Source of the DNA: Haliotis cracherodii
Taxonomy: Eukaryota
NCBI RefSeq assembly: GCF_022045235.1
Contig: NW_027266286.1
Span: forward strand, 1,191,856-1,255,855
Reading direction: 5' to 3'
Length of the DNA stretch: 64,000 bases
Shown here: positions 1-12,375 of the stretch, piece by piece
Position numbering within the stretch: position 1 is the stretch's first letter
Layout: every line of letters starts with the position of its first letter
The notes under the pieces: model-generated
What the model was told of the DNA's origin: nothing
The model's input: only the letters and a program-made list of their open reading frames with translations
Database searches by the model: none
Program-made: the position numbers and the translations under genes

Positions 1-162
1 GTCTCTAGTTTCAGGACATTTTCTGTGGTGGTTTGGGATTTTTCTTTTTTACACAGATCTTCGTCCATGTCTTCATAGGTTACAGTTTCCGGGGTCCAGT
101 CCATATGAGTAGAGGCTTTCAATCGGTCTCGCTTGCGTCTTTTCTTCGATAACTGTTTCTTC
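1..162 (-). CDS. Exon 5 (partial, runs off window), cytoplasmic tail; (R)KKQLSKKRRKRDRLKASTHMDWTPETVTYEDMDEDLCKKEKSQTTTENVLKLET..
   Basis: Acceptor attgtgattgcag|ga at 163-164. A basic stop-transfer cluster directly follows the TM exon in the correct phase, and the frame is open to position 1. An internal ACT|gtaacc could be a donor, so the exon may be shorter. Confidence 0.5.
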
Positions 163-1218
163 CTGCAATCACAATAAATATAATGAACATTATTTCAGTT
201 ATATGTGAGAGAAAAGCCCAAAGTCTTGCAGGTCAAGGTTGTACAAAACAACCTTGACTTGGTCGATGCATGTCATTGTATCCCAATTGGGTGGATCAAT
301 GCTCATGCTGTCAATCACTAGATTTTCTGGTCCAGACTTGATTATTTACAGACCGCTGCCATACAGCTGAATTATTGCTTAGTGCGGCGTTAAACAACAA
401 AGAAATAAACAAATAGCACTGTGACTGTAGTAAGTCTGTGTTAAGGTAGGTAAGTGCTAAGATCGCTTTGTACAACAGCACCCTGGCATTTATGTAAAGG
501 ATAAAACATAACACTGAGGTTTTGCTTGAACATGTAAACCAAAAACATTAGGTTACATTTCAAAACATATCAACATAGATACTCTATTCATATAGTTTAT
601 ATATATGAGAGAGGTGCCATTGCCGCGAGACGATCTATTTATGGAGTCATGTCATGTTGCTTGTGTGTTTTAACGAGTCAGCAAATAGTTTATCTGTTAT
701 AAAATTGGTTTAGCTACACCATCTGTTCAATTTCGGAGCCCAAACAATTCATGGCAAAAGATTGCATCGGTTGAAGTGAGACGACATTTTTGCAACTGTC
801 TACTTGGTCCAAGGGGTGCTACTTTCATGTACAACACGAAGTTCAATGTGATAAGTAGGAGCAGCGATGACTGTAGTGATGATCTTTTGAATGTGTTGTT
901 CATTAGTGATGCTCGAACCTTAATAATTCCACGACACTTGCGCTACGAAGTGATATTCAGTATACTATCTCTATTCCAAACGTATTTGTTCTCGAGTCCT
1001 GTGATAGGCAACTGCAATAACTCACAGACTTGACTTGGCAAGTAAAATAGGTGAATAGTACAGTTTTGAGATGCATGTGTATATGTATCTCTGGTGTTTT
1101 TGTGAAACGTAGTCATGAGGAGACGTTGCCGAGCACAGTGGCACAGTGATACTGACGACCAGGTGCATTAAAAAATAGTTGTGTTTAAAAAAACTGTATT
1201 GTTATTAAATGAGTGGAC

Positions 1219-1514
1219 GGGCTCCGTGGTCTAGTGGTAGAGCATTCACCCAGAGAAGGCAGGGGGTTCGATCCCCGGCAGTGTCATACCAAAAGACGTT
1301 ACAAAATGGTACTTGTTGTTACCCTGTTGGGTGCGTCTGAGTGGGGTATTCATGTTCAACTGCGGCATATTATCTCAATGAACTAGTACTATAAATGGGC
1401 ATCAGTCCGGACTAGTATAAGCAGCCACACACACACACACTCGTGCATGCACTCTGCTATATAAATGCAATAATCTTGACGTGACGTTAAACCCCATTTC
1501 ACCTCACCTCACCT
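1219..1514 (+). mobile_element. SINE family C copy (internally shorter)
   Basis: tRNA-like head gggctccgtggtctagtggtagagc..ggttcgatcccc, then aaaagacgttacaaaatggtacttgttgttaccctgt..tataaatgggcatcagtccggactagta..(ca)n..caataatcttgacg..cacctcacctcacc. Confidence 0.55.
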
Positions 1515-3249
1515 ATTAAATGAATTATCTCCTTACGGGCGAGTAATAAAACAAATTGATAACATGTAAACTATATCTTGTTGGCGTACATGTACTCGCA
1601 AAATATTTTTAAAAAGAATTGTGCATTATAAGTGCCTCTGTAGCCAAGTGATTCACTCAAGGCTACAGACACAAAAGTTACACTTAGATCTCTCTGGAGG
1701 ATGTTAGTCATTTGATATGACGTCATTCGGCCCATGTCCTTAAGTTAGCATTGTAATATATGTCATATAGATTGTGATCAAATGCAAAATAAATCTCTGG
1801 GACAGAATAACTGTCCTTGGGTTATTCTATAGAATTTCTTCGGCAGTCTGGAGATTAAATTATCTTGAGAACAGAAGAAGCTCTAATAAGGATGACATCA
1901 CTTGAGGCTGATATCACTATGGTGAAACCCACGAGCACGGGTATGGTGCTGACAAACTTAGAAACTTAATCAGGACCAATCACAGGTTTCTTACAAATTG
2001 CAGTGACTAGATTCCTCAGGCAGGAGGAGGAGGAGGTGGAGAAGGAGGTTGCATTAGGATTCTATATTACATGAAACATATCACAGAAACTGGAGCCATA
2101 CATTCAGTGACTGTGGTGTGGACAATGCAGAATATTATATGTATGCTTCAGTCAGTCATGACCTGATTGAACGAGGGAATGGATTTCTCTGGTGATTGGA
2201 TAGCAGTTAGCTAGTGTCCCAGATCGGCAATATAACTTGAATAAAACAACAGTATTAGTCATCCAATGAGATTATTTCACATTTAGGTCAGAAAGGTCAA
2301 CAACGGGCGGATTTTCTTTCATAAATCGTAGTAATAGCACTCCCAAATATTGGCATACATTTGTTGGAAATTGATAGCGCAAACACTTCTGGGAAATTTA
2401 TGAGGCAAAGTCGTCAGACTGTTAACAGACTACCACAGACAGAAAAAACACAATATTTTGATGAAATTACAGGCAATGATGTTGCATCAGGACAAACACC
2501 CTTTATATCCCTTTAGCATGTTTTAGCTAAATCGCGTCAAGACTGCGTCATCCCTGAAGATTGGTCAGATTAAACACATTGCCAAATAGTCAAGCTACTG
2601 ATCATTCATTTTCAATATCTGTTTGTGTTTATCTTAAATGATCTTTGACCGAAAGTGATATGGGTAGATTGTGAATCTTTTTATTGTTATTGCCCTGTGT
2701 ATCCATCGAGGCCAAAGGATACAGGGGTCAATAAAAAATACTTTGCGTATGTTCAGCTACTTATTCCTGTGGGTTAATGAAGTTAATATTTAAATCAACC
2801 GAAATTATTAACTGACAATTATGACTGATTGATCGTGATTTTAAAACTAAATATTAATCTCATGCTAGCTACATCTAGACACAGTATTTGTTTTGTGCTT
2901 TTTAGAAAAATCAAAATTCAAATGAGACAAATTTGAATGAATATTCTCTCAAATTGTTTGTTTGTTCTATAAATGAAGGCCAAGGAAGCATGTTAAATGA
3001 GTATGGATAAGGAGAACTTTGTGGTACTAAGCCATTGTAAGTTGACAGATTGTGTGAGTGTTTAACATTTAAATTTAATAGTTGCTATATTCAAATTCTC
3101 AGCTTCTCAACACCTTTGTTTGTTGTGTTTTGCATTATTTCTGTTTCATGTGCAACTTCTGTTTTTAAAAATAATCAGTTATCATGTTGACTTTTGACAT
3201 TTGGGCATTAATTTGGGGCGGGGGCAGATATAGTCAACGCATAGTCTGT

Positions 3250-4075
3250 CTGCCCGTCCGTAATCATTTAGTTTCCAGAGCATAACTCGAAAACCTGTCA
3301 ATATCTTTCAACAAAACTTGGCAGGTATATCAAACAGATCTTGAACTGGTTCCTTTTGCTATTTTTGGACTTTTGGCGTTTTTATTTTCCACGCTTTCCT
3401 TGGAAACAATTTGTATTTAGTCTCTTTAGGGGTAGTTTTCGTTTCCGGAGCATAACCCGAAAACATTTCAATATCCTTCAACAAAACTTGGCAGATATAT
3501 CAAACAGATCCTGAAGTGGTGCCTTTTGCTATTTGCAGATATTTTGCATTTCTATTTTTCTCCATTTCCATGGAAACAATTTTGACTTACTCTCAAAATG
3601 TGGATTTCATTTCTGGAGCACAACTTAAAATCCTTGAAAGACTATACATCCAAACCTGGTACATGTATTAACCAAGGGCTGAAGTGCTGCATCCAAACCT
3701 GGTACATGTATTAACCAAGGGCTGAAGTGCTGCATCCAAACCTGGTACATGTATTAACCAAGGGCTGAAGTGCTGCATCCAAACCTGGTACATGTATTAA
3801 CCAAGGGCTGAAGTGCTGTGTTTTGCTCTATAGGAATTTTTCCAAATTACATTTGTCCCTGTGTCCATGGAAACAAGTTCGACTTAGCTGAAAGGAGGTA
3901 GGTGTTGTTTTCTGAGCAGAGCTAGATAAACTAGTCAACCTTTCTCATCAAAACTTGGTACATGTATTAATCAGGGGCTGAAGTGCTGCCTCTTGCTATT
4001 TAGGAATTTTCTTTTAAATATTTTTTGTCTGTTGTTGTCTGGCAACAAGCTTGATTTGACTCTGTTTCTATGGGT
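3250..4075. repeat. About 175-bp higher-order tandem repeat (about 4.5 units) with an embedded 42-bp sub-array at 3640-3830
   Basis: Recurring ..tcaacaaaacttggYaNRtatatYaaNcagRtc..gctatttNcagRWWttt..ccatggaaacaaKtt.. blocks. Four exact 42-bp copies of atccaaacctggtacatgtattaaccaagggctgaagtgctgc. Confidence 0.7.
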
Positions 4076-4327
4076 GTGTCTGACATAGAAATACAAATTG
4101 CCGAATCCAGATTCCATTCTTGTTTTGATTGCTCAATAACTACTCTGGTACACAGACAGATGAGATCAAAATTCTCTCAATGTAACAGTCAGATGATTTG
4201 TTCTTAGGGGCGGGGGAATTGTCATTCTGATGACTCTTGTCACCCTGTGAAATGCATTGACCATGCATCTATTTATGTTTATTTAATTATATTTCTTTAT
4301 GATGATGATGATGATGATGACAGTTAC

Positions 4328-4412
4328 CTGTAAATCAGCCAGAATGTTACGACAGCTGCTCCCAACACAACGAAAGCAAGACACAACATTATGATCGCAG
4401 CAATCATGGTCC
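4328..4412 (-). CDS. Exon 4, transmembrane helix; (G)TMIAAIIMLCLAFVVLGAAVVTFWLIY(+ag)
   Basis: Acceptor tatatttgcag|gg, donor ACAG|gtaact followed by an (ATC)7 microsatellite. A 25-residue hydrophobic helix in the frame required by exon 3. Confidence 0.65.
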
Positions 4413-4555
4413 CTGCAAATATAAAACACATTAATGAGCCTTTGTAGCTGAAAGATAGGCTTTGTATAGTGACTCTATCTTACTTGAATGTGCATCTCAA
4501 ATTATCAATGCCCACCTTGCCAAATTGACAAAGTATGAAATAGTGTATCAGTTGT

Positions 4556-6630
4556 CCACAATGGCTCCTCAGTCTCAACAAAATCCCTGGGGTACGTTCA
4601 ACAAAGTGATCGCCGCTCTAAGGTGATCGTAACTCCTATACTTTAACATAGACTTCAGACAGTCGTAGCACTAAGGTGATTGTAACTCCCATACTTAAAC
4701 ATAGACTTCAGACAGTCGTAGCACTAAGGTGATCGTAACTCCCATACTTTAACATTGACTTCAGACAGTCGTAGCACTAAGGTGATCGTAACTCCCATAC
4801 TTTAACATTGACTTCAGACAGTCGTAGCACTAAGGTGATCGTAACTCCCATACTTTAACATAGACTTCAGACAGTCGTAGCACTAAGGTGATCGTAACTC
4901 CTATACTTTAACATTGACTTCAGACAGTCGTAGCACTAAGGTGATCGTAACTCCTATACTTTAACATTGACTTCAGACAGTCGTAGCACTAAGGTGATCG
5001 TAACTCCTATACTTTAACATAGACTTACGACAGCCATAGCGCTAAGGTAATCGTAACTCCTATACTTGAATATAGACTTACGACTGTCATAGCACTAAGG
5101 TGATCGTAACTCCTATACTTTAACATAGACTTCAGACATTCGTAGCACTAAGGTGATCGTAACTTTTATACTTGAATATAGACTTACGACTGTCATAGCA
5201 CTAAGGTGATCGTTACTCCTATACATTAACATATACTTCAGACAGTCGTAGCGCTAAGGTGATCGTAACTCCTATACTTTAACATAGACTTCAGACAGTC
5301 GTAGCGCTAAGGTGATCGTAACTCCTATACTTTAACATAGACTTCAGACAGTCGTAGCGCTAAGGTGATCGTAACTCCTATACTTTAACATAGACTTACG
5401 ACAATGGTAGTGCTTAGGCGATCGTAACTCCTATACTTTAACATAGACTTACGACAGTCGTAGCACTAAGGTGATCGTAACTCCTATACTTTAACATAGA
5501 CTTACGACAGCCATAGCGCTAAGGTAATCGTAACTCCTATACTTGAATATAGACTTACGACTGTCATAGCACTAAGGTGATCGTAACTCCTATACTTTAA
5601 CATAGACTTCAGACAGTCGTAGCACTAAGGTGATCGTAACTTTTATACTTGAATATAGACTTAAGACTGTCATAGCACTAAGGTGATCGTAACTCCTATA
5701 CATTAACATATACTTCAGACAGTCGTAGCGCTAAGGTGATCGTAACTCCTATACTTTAACATAGACTTCAGACAGTCGTAGCGCTAAGGTGATCGTAACT
5801 CCTATACTTTAACATAGACTTCAGACAGTCGTAGCGCTAAGGTGATCGTAACTCCTATACTTTAACATAGACTTCAGACAGTCGTAGCGCTAAGGTGATC
5901 GTAACTCCTATACTTTAACATAGACTTCAGACAGTCGTAGCGCTAAGGTGATCGTAACTCCTATACTTTAACATAGACTTACGACAATGGTAGCGCTTAG
6001 GCGATCGTAACTCCTATACTTTAACATAGACTTACGACAGTCGTAGCACTAAGGCGATCGTAACTCCTATACTTTAACATAGACTTACGACAGTCGTAGC
6101 ACTAAGGTGATCGTAACTCCTATACTTTAACATAGACTTACGACAGCCATAGCGCTAAGGTAATCGTAACTCCTATACTTGAATATAGACTTACGACTGT
6201 CATAGCACTAAGGTGATCGTAACTCCTATACTTTAACATAGACTTCAGACAGTCGTAGCACTAAGGTGATCGTAACTTTTATACTTGAATATAGACTTAC
6301 GACTGTCATAGCACTAAGGTGATCGTAACTCCTATACATTAACATATACTTCAGACAGTCGTAGCGCTAAGGTGATCGAAACTCCTATACTTTAACATAG
6401 ACTTCAGACAGTCGTAGCGCTAAGGTGATCGTAACTCCTATACTTTAACATTGACTTCAGACAGTCGTAGCGCTAAGGTGATCGTAACTCCTATACTTTA
6501 ACATAGACTTACGACAATGGTAGCGCTAAGGCGATCGTAACTCCTATACTTTAACATGGACATACGACTGTCGTAGCGCTAAGGTGATCGTAACTCCTAT
6601 ACTTTAACATAGACTTACAACAATGGTAGC
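4556..6630. repeat. About 60-bp tandem array (about 33 units) derived from the core of a palindromic MITE-like element (termini gggtRcgttcaacaaagYga..tcgctttgttgaacgggaccc)
   Basis: Unit tcgtagcRctaaggtgatcgtaactcctatactttaacatagacttcagacag. Solo copies of the palindromic element lie at 47757-47875, 50989-51096 and about 420-495. In intron 3 of the minus-strand gene. Confidence 0.8.
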
Positions 6631-6810
6631 CCTATGTTTGCTTTGGGGAACAGGTCCCAGATACAGTTGTGGTTCACCCCTGCCATGATGCATCTATTCT
6701 TGTCTGTTTTTAAAACTTGGTCCACTGAAACTTGCCTCAGTCATAAAGATGTAACAAATAATGTTTTGGTTGAAAACTTTAGCCAGTTCTAGAGCTGTTC
6801 AATCTGAGCA

Positions 6811-6982
6811 GGGGTGGTCTGGTAGCCTAGTGGTTAAAGCATTTGCTCACCACGCCGAAGACCCGAGTTCGATTCCCGACATCGGTACAATGTGTAAAGT
6901 CTATTTCTGGTGTCCCCCGCCGTAATAATTCTGGAATATTGCTAAAAGCTGCGTAAAATCCTACTCGTTCACTCACTCAATC
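6811..6982 (+). mobile_element. SINE family A copy
   Basis: ggtggtctggtagcctagtggttaaagc..cgagttcgattcccgac..ggtacaatgtgtaaag..ttctggtgtcccccgcc..attgctaaaagctgcgtaaaatcc..actcactcaatc. Confidence 0.6.
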
Positions 6983-7037
6983 TTAGCAGTGTTACTGTCA
7001 TGTTGAAGTGATCTTCTAATTTATGTTACATACTTAC

Positions 7038-7208
7038 CATTTTCTCCATGGGCCATGGATGGGGGGCTGGCGCTGGGGCTGGGGCTGGGGTTGGGGCTGG
7101 GGCTGGGGCTAGGGCTAGGGCTGGCGTTGGTTGTCTGTAAGTTCAGAATGTCGTAGCCCAGGAAAGATTCTTCCTCAGACTTTGACTTACAGGTGAAATT
7201 AATATTAC
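7038..7208 (-). CDS. Exon 3, membrane-proximal stalk; (G)NINFTCKSKSEEESFLGYDILNLQTTNASPSPSPSPSPNPSPSPSASPPSMAHGEN(+g)
   Basis: Acceptor tgtgtttcag|gt at 7208. Canonical donor AATG|gtaagt at 7037. Phase matches exon 2 (end phase 1) and exon 4. Contains a coding (GGGGCT)n run encoding (SP)n. Confidence 0.6.
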
Positions 7209-7319
7209 CTGAAACACATGTACACAGATATAAGAAGAGTGGTGATGTGGCTACATGGACCTCATTGATTTACATTCTTGACTTTAGCCTTCAACCATCC
7301 TGACCCACGTCCAAAATCC

Positions 7320-7610
7320 TAGCAGGACAACTATCTTAGCACATCTACCTTAATCAACATCTGTCTTAGCCAACAACAGTCTTAGCACAACAATTATCTT
7401 AGCACAACAACTATCTTAGCACAACAACAGTCTTAGCACAACAACTATCTTAGCACAACAACTATCTTAGCACAACAGTCTTAGCCAACAACAGTCTTAG
7501 CACAACAACTATCTTAGCACAACTATCTAAGCACAACAACAGTCTTAGCATAACAACAGTCTTAGCCAACAACTATCTTAGCCAACAACTATCTTAGCCA
7601 ACAACTACAG
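7320..7610. repeat. 20-bp minisatellite acaactatcttagcacaaca
   Basis: Visible tandem periodicity in intron 2 of the minus-strand gene. Confidence 0.8.
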
Positions 7611-8060
7611 TTAATCTTAAGAATAACGAGAACGTGAATTAAATGCGAAAAATCTGAGTGGTCTTTGCATTATTGAAACTTCGCATTTATGTCTAAAAAA
7701 TGACTATCAACAATAAGATGGCCTCATTTCATACTTTTAGTAGCGGAAAAACCAACTTGAATATATACACAAACACGGTTTATTGAGCAGCAGTTGTAAC
7801 AAGTATATAACAATGTCATTCAAAGAAAAGGAATTACATAATAGGCATCAAGGGTTGTACCCACTCGTGTCAAACTAATAAGGCCGTCCAGCAGTCCAGA
7901 CAGGCACCACCCACGCAACACTTTGTCAAAGGCGGACACGACCCAACGCGCACCGATAGGCTTCATCACACTCCCCAGATATACAGCCTTTTTGTTGTCA
8001 TCTGCCTTCAATTTTTTTTGAAACCTTATCCGCATACTAATCTGTGAACTGTTGTTGGTT

Positions 8061-8332
8061 GAGTGAGTAAGTGAGTTGGGTTTAATGCCGCTTTTAACAC
8101 TGTGTCAGCTTAATGTGGGAGGAAAGCCAGAAGTGATGCAGGTCTCAGACATTCACCACTTCGGTGAAACCCACGAGCACGGGTATGGTGCTGACAAAAC
8201 TAGAAACGTAATCGGGGCGAACCGGGATTCGAACCCACAATCATAGTTTTCTGGCGTGCCCAAGGGACGCAACTCTGCACAGCGAGTCGCGGCGCCTTAG
8301 AAGAATGGGGCGCCTTAGAAGAATGGGCCACC
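8061..8332 (-). mobile_element. SINE family B (different tRNA-like head ..gcgtcccttgggcacgcc..gggttcgaatcccgg.., body ..gtcagcaccatacccgtgctcgtgggtttcacc.., same 3' tail module as family A)
   Basis: Plus strand shows (gagt)n + gggtttaatgccgcttttaacact (RC of the family-A-like tail), then body and head. Second copy at 40270-40504(-); fragments at about 1898-2000 and 52784-52872. Confidence 0.55.
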
Positions 8333-8518
8333 TGTGCCCCCTTATTGCCTTTGAACTTCCTTAATGCCTGTCAACAGAATAAACGTATAAACTGTGTGTT
8401 GTTTTTAGGAAAGAACTGTTTATTGTTTATATGGAAGTGCTCTTCTCGGCATTTTTGCTAGGGTTCAGCAGTCGTATTAATTTGGAGACGCATTAATTTC
8501 CAGATTTACAGTATCTCA

Positions 8519-9105
8519 GCTCACTCACTCACTCACTCACTCACTCACTCACTCACTCACTCACTCACACACTAAAACTGGTATAAACTGGTATAAACAG
8601 ATGTAGCCATGGTAGAAACAGATGAAGCCATGGTATAAATAGATGGAACTTCAGTATAAATAGATGGAACCTCAGTATAAATAGATGGAACCTCAGTATA
8701 AACAGATGTAGCCATGGTAGAAACAGATGAAGCCATGGTATAAATAGATGGAACCTCAGTATAAATAGATGGAACCTCAATATAACCAGATGGAGCCATG
8801 ATAGAAACAGATGGAGCCATGGTATAAATAGATGGAACCTCAGTATAAACAGATGTAGCCATGGAAGAAACAGATGAAGCCATGGTATAAATAGATGGAA
8901 CCTCAGTATAAACAGATGGAACCTCAATATAACCAGATGGAGCCATGATAGAAAGAGATGGAGCCATGGTATAAATAGATGGAACCTCAGTATAACAGAT
9001 GCCCATTTCAACTGTCCCCTGCCATGCTATTGCTGGAATATTGCTTAAAGCGGTGTAAAACCACACTCACTCACTCACTCACTCACTCACTCACTCACTC
9101 ACTCA
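8519..9105. repeat. 21-bp minisatellite (atagatggaacctcagtataa / acagatgRagccatggtaKaa) bounded on both sides by (CACT)n microsatellites
   Basis: (cactcact)n at 8519-8572 and 9058-9105. Track ORFs 8565..9011 and 8572..9066 are periodic artefacts. Confidence 0.8.
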
Positions 9106-9129
9106 CAGAATCGCTGTAGGGCAAGGCAA

Positions 9130-10735
9130 TGTATATTTGCGTTGATGTTATAGTAATAATAGTGGGATGTTACAGAAGTAATAGTGGGATGTTACAGTAA
9201 AAATAGTGGGATGTAACAGTAGTAATAGTGGGATGTTACAGTAGTAATAGTGGGATGTTACAGTAATAATAGTGGGATGTTACAGTAGTAATAGTGGGAT
9301 GTTACAGTAATAATAGTGGGATGTTACAGTAGTAATAGTGGGATGTTACAGTAATAATAGTGGGATGTTACAGTAGTAATAGTGGGATGTAACAGTAATA
9401 ATAGTGGGATGTTACAGTAATAATAGTGGGATGTTACAGTAGTAATAGTGGGATGTTACAGTAGTAATAGTGGGATGTTACAGTAGTAATAGTGGGATGT
9501 AACAGTAATAATAGTGGGATGTTACAGTAGTAATAGTAGGATGTTACAGTAATGAGTGAGTGAGTTTGGTTTTACGCCGCTTTTAGCAATATTCCAGCAA
9601 ATATCACGGCGGGGGACACCAGAAATGGGTTTCACACATTGTACCCATGTCGGGAATCGAACCCGGGTCTTCGGCGTGACGAGCGAACGCTTTAACCACT
9701 AGGCTACCCGACCGCCCCGGATGTTACAGTAGTAATAGTGGGATGTTACAGTAGTAATAGTAGGATGTTACAGTAATAATAGTGGGATGTTACAGTAGTA
9801 ATAGTGGGATGTTAAAGTAGTAATAGTGGGATGTTACAGTAGTAATAGTAGGTTGTTACAGTAATAACAGTGGGATGTTACAGTAGTAATAGTGGGATGT
9901 TACAGTAAAAATAGTGGGATGTTACAGTAAAAATAGTGGGATGTTACAGTAATAACAGTGGGATGTTACAGTAGTAATAGTGGGATGTTACAGTAGTAAT
10001 AGTAGGATGTAACAGTAATAATAGTGGGATGTTACAGTAGTAATAGTAGGATGTTACAGTAATAACAGTGGGATGTTACAGTAGTAATAGTGGGATGTTA
10101 CAGTAGTAATGGTGGGATGTAACAGTAATAATAGTGGGATGTTACAGTAGTAATAATAGGATGTTACAGTAATAACAGTGGGATGTTACAGTAGTAATAG
10201 TGGGATGTTACAGTAGTAATAGTAGGATGTAACAGTAATAATAGTGGGATGTTACAGTAGTAATAGTAGGATGTTACAGTAGTAATAGATGGATGTTACA
10301 GTAGTAATAGTAGGATGATACAGTAATAATAGTGGGATGTTACAGTAGTAATAGTGGGATATTAAAGTAGTAATAGTGGGATGTTACAGTAGTAATAGTA
10401 GGATGTTACAGTAATAACAGTGGGATGTTACAGTAGTAATAGTGGGATGTTACAGTAGTAATAGTAGGATGTAACAGTAATAATAGTGGGATGTTACAGT
10501 AGTAATAATAGGATGTTACAGTAGTAATAGTGGGATGTTACAGTAGTAATAGTAGGATGATACAGTAATAATAGTGGGATGTTACAGTAGTAATAGTGGG
10601 ATGTTACAGTAGTAATAGTGGGATGTTACAGTAGTAATAGTAGGATGTTACAGTAATAACAGTGGGATGTTACAGTAGTAATAGTGGGATGTTACAGTAG
10701 TAATAGTGGGATGTAACAGTAATAATAGTCAGGTG
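9130..10735. repeat. 22-bp minisatellite agtaatagtgggatgttacagt (about 65 units, interrupted by a SINE at 9554-9718), abutting the exon 2 donor of the minus-strand gene
   Basis: On the minus strand the first unit after GCAG|gtaacacctgactattatt is actgtaacatcccactattact, i.e. a copy of the donor region. Confidence 0.85.
9554..9718 (-). mobile_element. SINE family A copy inserted inside the 22-bp minisatellite
   Basis: Reverse complement of the family-A consensus. Array units flank both sides (..gatgttacagtaat| and |gatgttacagtagtaat). Confidence 0.6.
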
Positions 10736-10739
10736 TTAC

Positions 10740-11174
10740 CTGCACCAAAGACGCTGAGATACAGATGGCCGTTCTGCGTCAAGTTGTGGAACGCCTCCAA
10801 GGTGATAGTTCTTTCTGTTGTGTTCTTCCAGCAGTGCTGTGGTATGATGGATTGTGAGGAGTTTCCCGAATGTATCAAACAGTCAGATCCAGTCAAATTA
10901 TTTTGCATTGTAGGCAGATCTAGACCATACGATATGATGGCAGGCGTATTGTTTTTTGTCATGTCGTATGTCACACCGATAGAGACACTTCCAGGGCCAA
11001 GGTTTTCATTTGTCGGTTTGAACCTCTTTAATGTGACATAGAAGTCCTCTTGTGATTGAAGTTTACAGGAGCAAAGAGGAGCAGTAAATTTCGCTCCCTC
11101 ATCCATGTATAATATCACGGGGGTCTGGGAGCTGTTTGTCTCCTGGTCGGTACACATGGGAATGAGACGAGAGG
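10740..11174 (-). CDS. Exon 2, ectodomain with about 8 N-x-S/T sequons and 5 Cys; ..ASRLIPMCTDQETNSSQTPVILYMDEGAKF..NLTQNGHLYLSVFGA(+g)
   Basis: Non-repetitive 142-aa ORF 10729..11157(-) in the track. Acceptor ttttccag|cc at 11174. Donor GCAG|gtaaca at 10739. No stops for 145 codons and GC-rich codon usage. Confidence 0.7.
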
Positions 11175-11456
11175 CTGGAAAAGGAAGAAAAATACAATTA
11201 GTTGCTGGTTCGGGTCCAAATTGAGATTTAGTGGCAAGCTAGGAACATTTTGTATTTATTAGACAAATGAAGTATTTGTAAATTTCTTTTGCCGGACCTA
11301 CACCTATGTCCTAGCCTCTGACAACTCCAAGGCTATATATACTACAAAGAGTCATAGGTCTTCATAGGGGTTATTTCAACAAAATATTAATTTATGTTAG
11401 ATTTAAATAATGTCTTTGGTATTTATCTTCTCTCTGTGCTGGTAATCTAAATAAAT

Positions 11457-11606
11457 CGGGGCGGTCAGGTAACCTAGTGGTTTAAGCGTTCATTCATCAC
11501 GCCAAGACCCGGGTACGATTCCCATTTCTGGTGTCCCCCCTGCCGTGATATTGCTCGAATATTGCCAAAAGCGTCATAAAACCATATTTACTCACTCACT
11601 CACTCT
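11457..11606 (+). mobile_element. SINE family A copy (internal deletion)
   Basis: gggcggtcaggtaacctagtggtttaagcg..ttctggtgtcccccctgccgtgatattgc..aaaagcgtcataaaacc..(actc)n. Confidence 0.55.
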
Positions 11607-11904
11607 AAGTAAATCATAATGTCCAATATTTGTAGTTATATTTGCAGATAACAGATTAACTTCTACAGCAGCTGCTATGTATTATTATAAATCTTTACAT
11701 GATGATGGGACTCATCAGACTCAGTACTGTCCGCAATTAGTATCATCAGCGTCTTTACTTGTGTCGTTATTTTAAATACAAAAAATAAAGCAATAAAGAA
11801 TTCAATTGACATGCAAACATCAACCTATTTTTCATTCGGGAAATCAAGTCGCAAGCAGAAGCCTGTTGTCTTGCACTTGGAGGTACGCTACTGCATGTAA
11901 TGAT

Positions 11905-12375
11905 TCTTGCTGACAAAGCCAACCACATGTTTATTGCACCTGTGGACATGGATTGACAGGTGTTTATTGCACCTGTGGACATGGATTGACAGGTGTTTAT
12001 TGCACATGTGGACATGGATTGACTGGTGTTTATTGCATCTGTGGACATGGATTGACAGGTGTTTATTGCACATGTGGACATGGATTGACAGGTGTTAATT
12101 GCATCTGTGGACATGGATTGACAGGTGTTTATTGCACATGTGGACATGGATTGACAGGTGTTTATTGCATCTGTGGACATGGATTGACAGGTGTTTATTG
12201 CACATGTGGACATAGATTGACAGGTGTTTATTGCATCTGTGGACATGGATTGACAGGTGTTTATTGCACCTGTGGACATGGATTGACAAGTGTTTATTGC
12301 ATCTGTGGACATAGATTGACAGGTGTTTATTGCATCTGTGGACATGGATTGACAGGTGTTTATGTACCTGTGGAC
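11905..12375. repeat. 33-bp minisatellite ggattgacaggtgtttattgcacMtgtggacat (about 14 units)
   Basis: ORFs on both strands (11767..12345, 11953..12396) have 11-aa periodicity. Confidence 0.8.

Noticed and set aside
1219-1290. tRNA genes at 1219-1290, 12678-12752 and the SINE-A heads
   Set aside because: A and B boxes are present but the acceptor-stem halves do not pair. In addition, each is fused to the same several-hundred-bp downstream body in multiple copies. These are tRNA-derived SINE heads, not functional tRNA genes.
10706-11041. ORF 10706..11041 (+) 111 aa
   Set aside because: It is antisense to exon 2 of the minus-strand gene. The minus-strand frame is longer, is flanked by proper splice sites and has glycoprotein-like composition.
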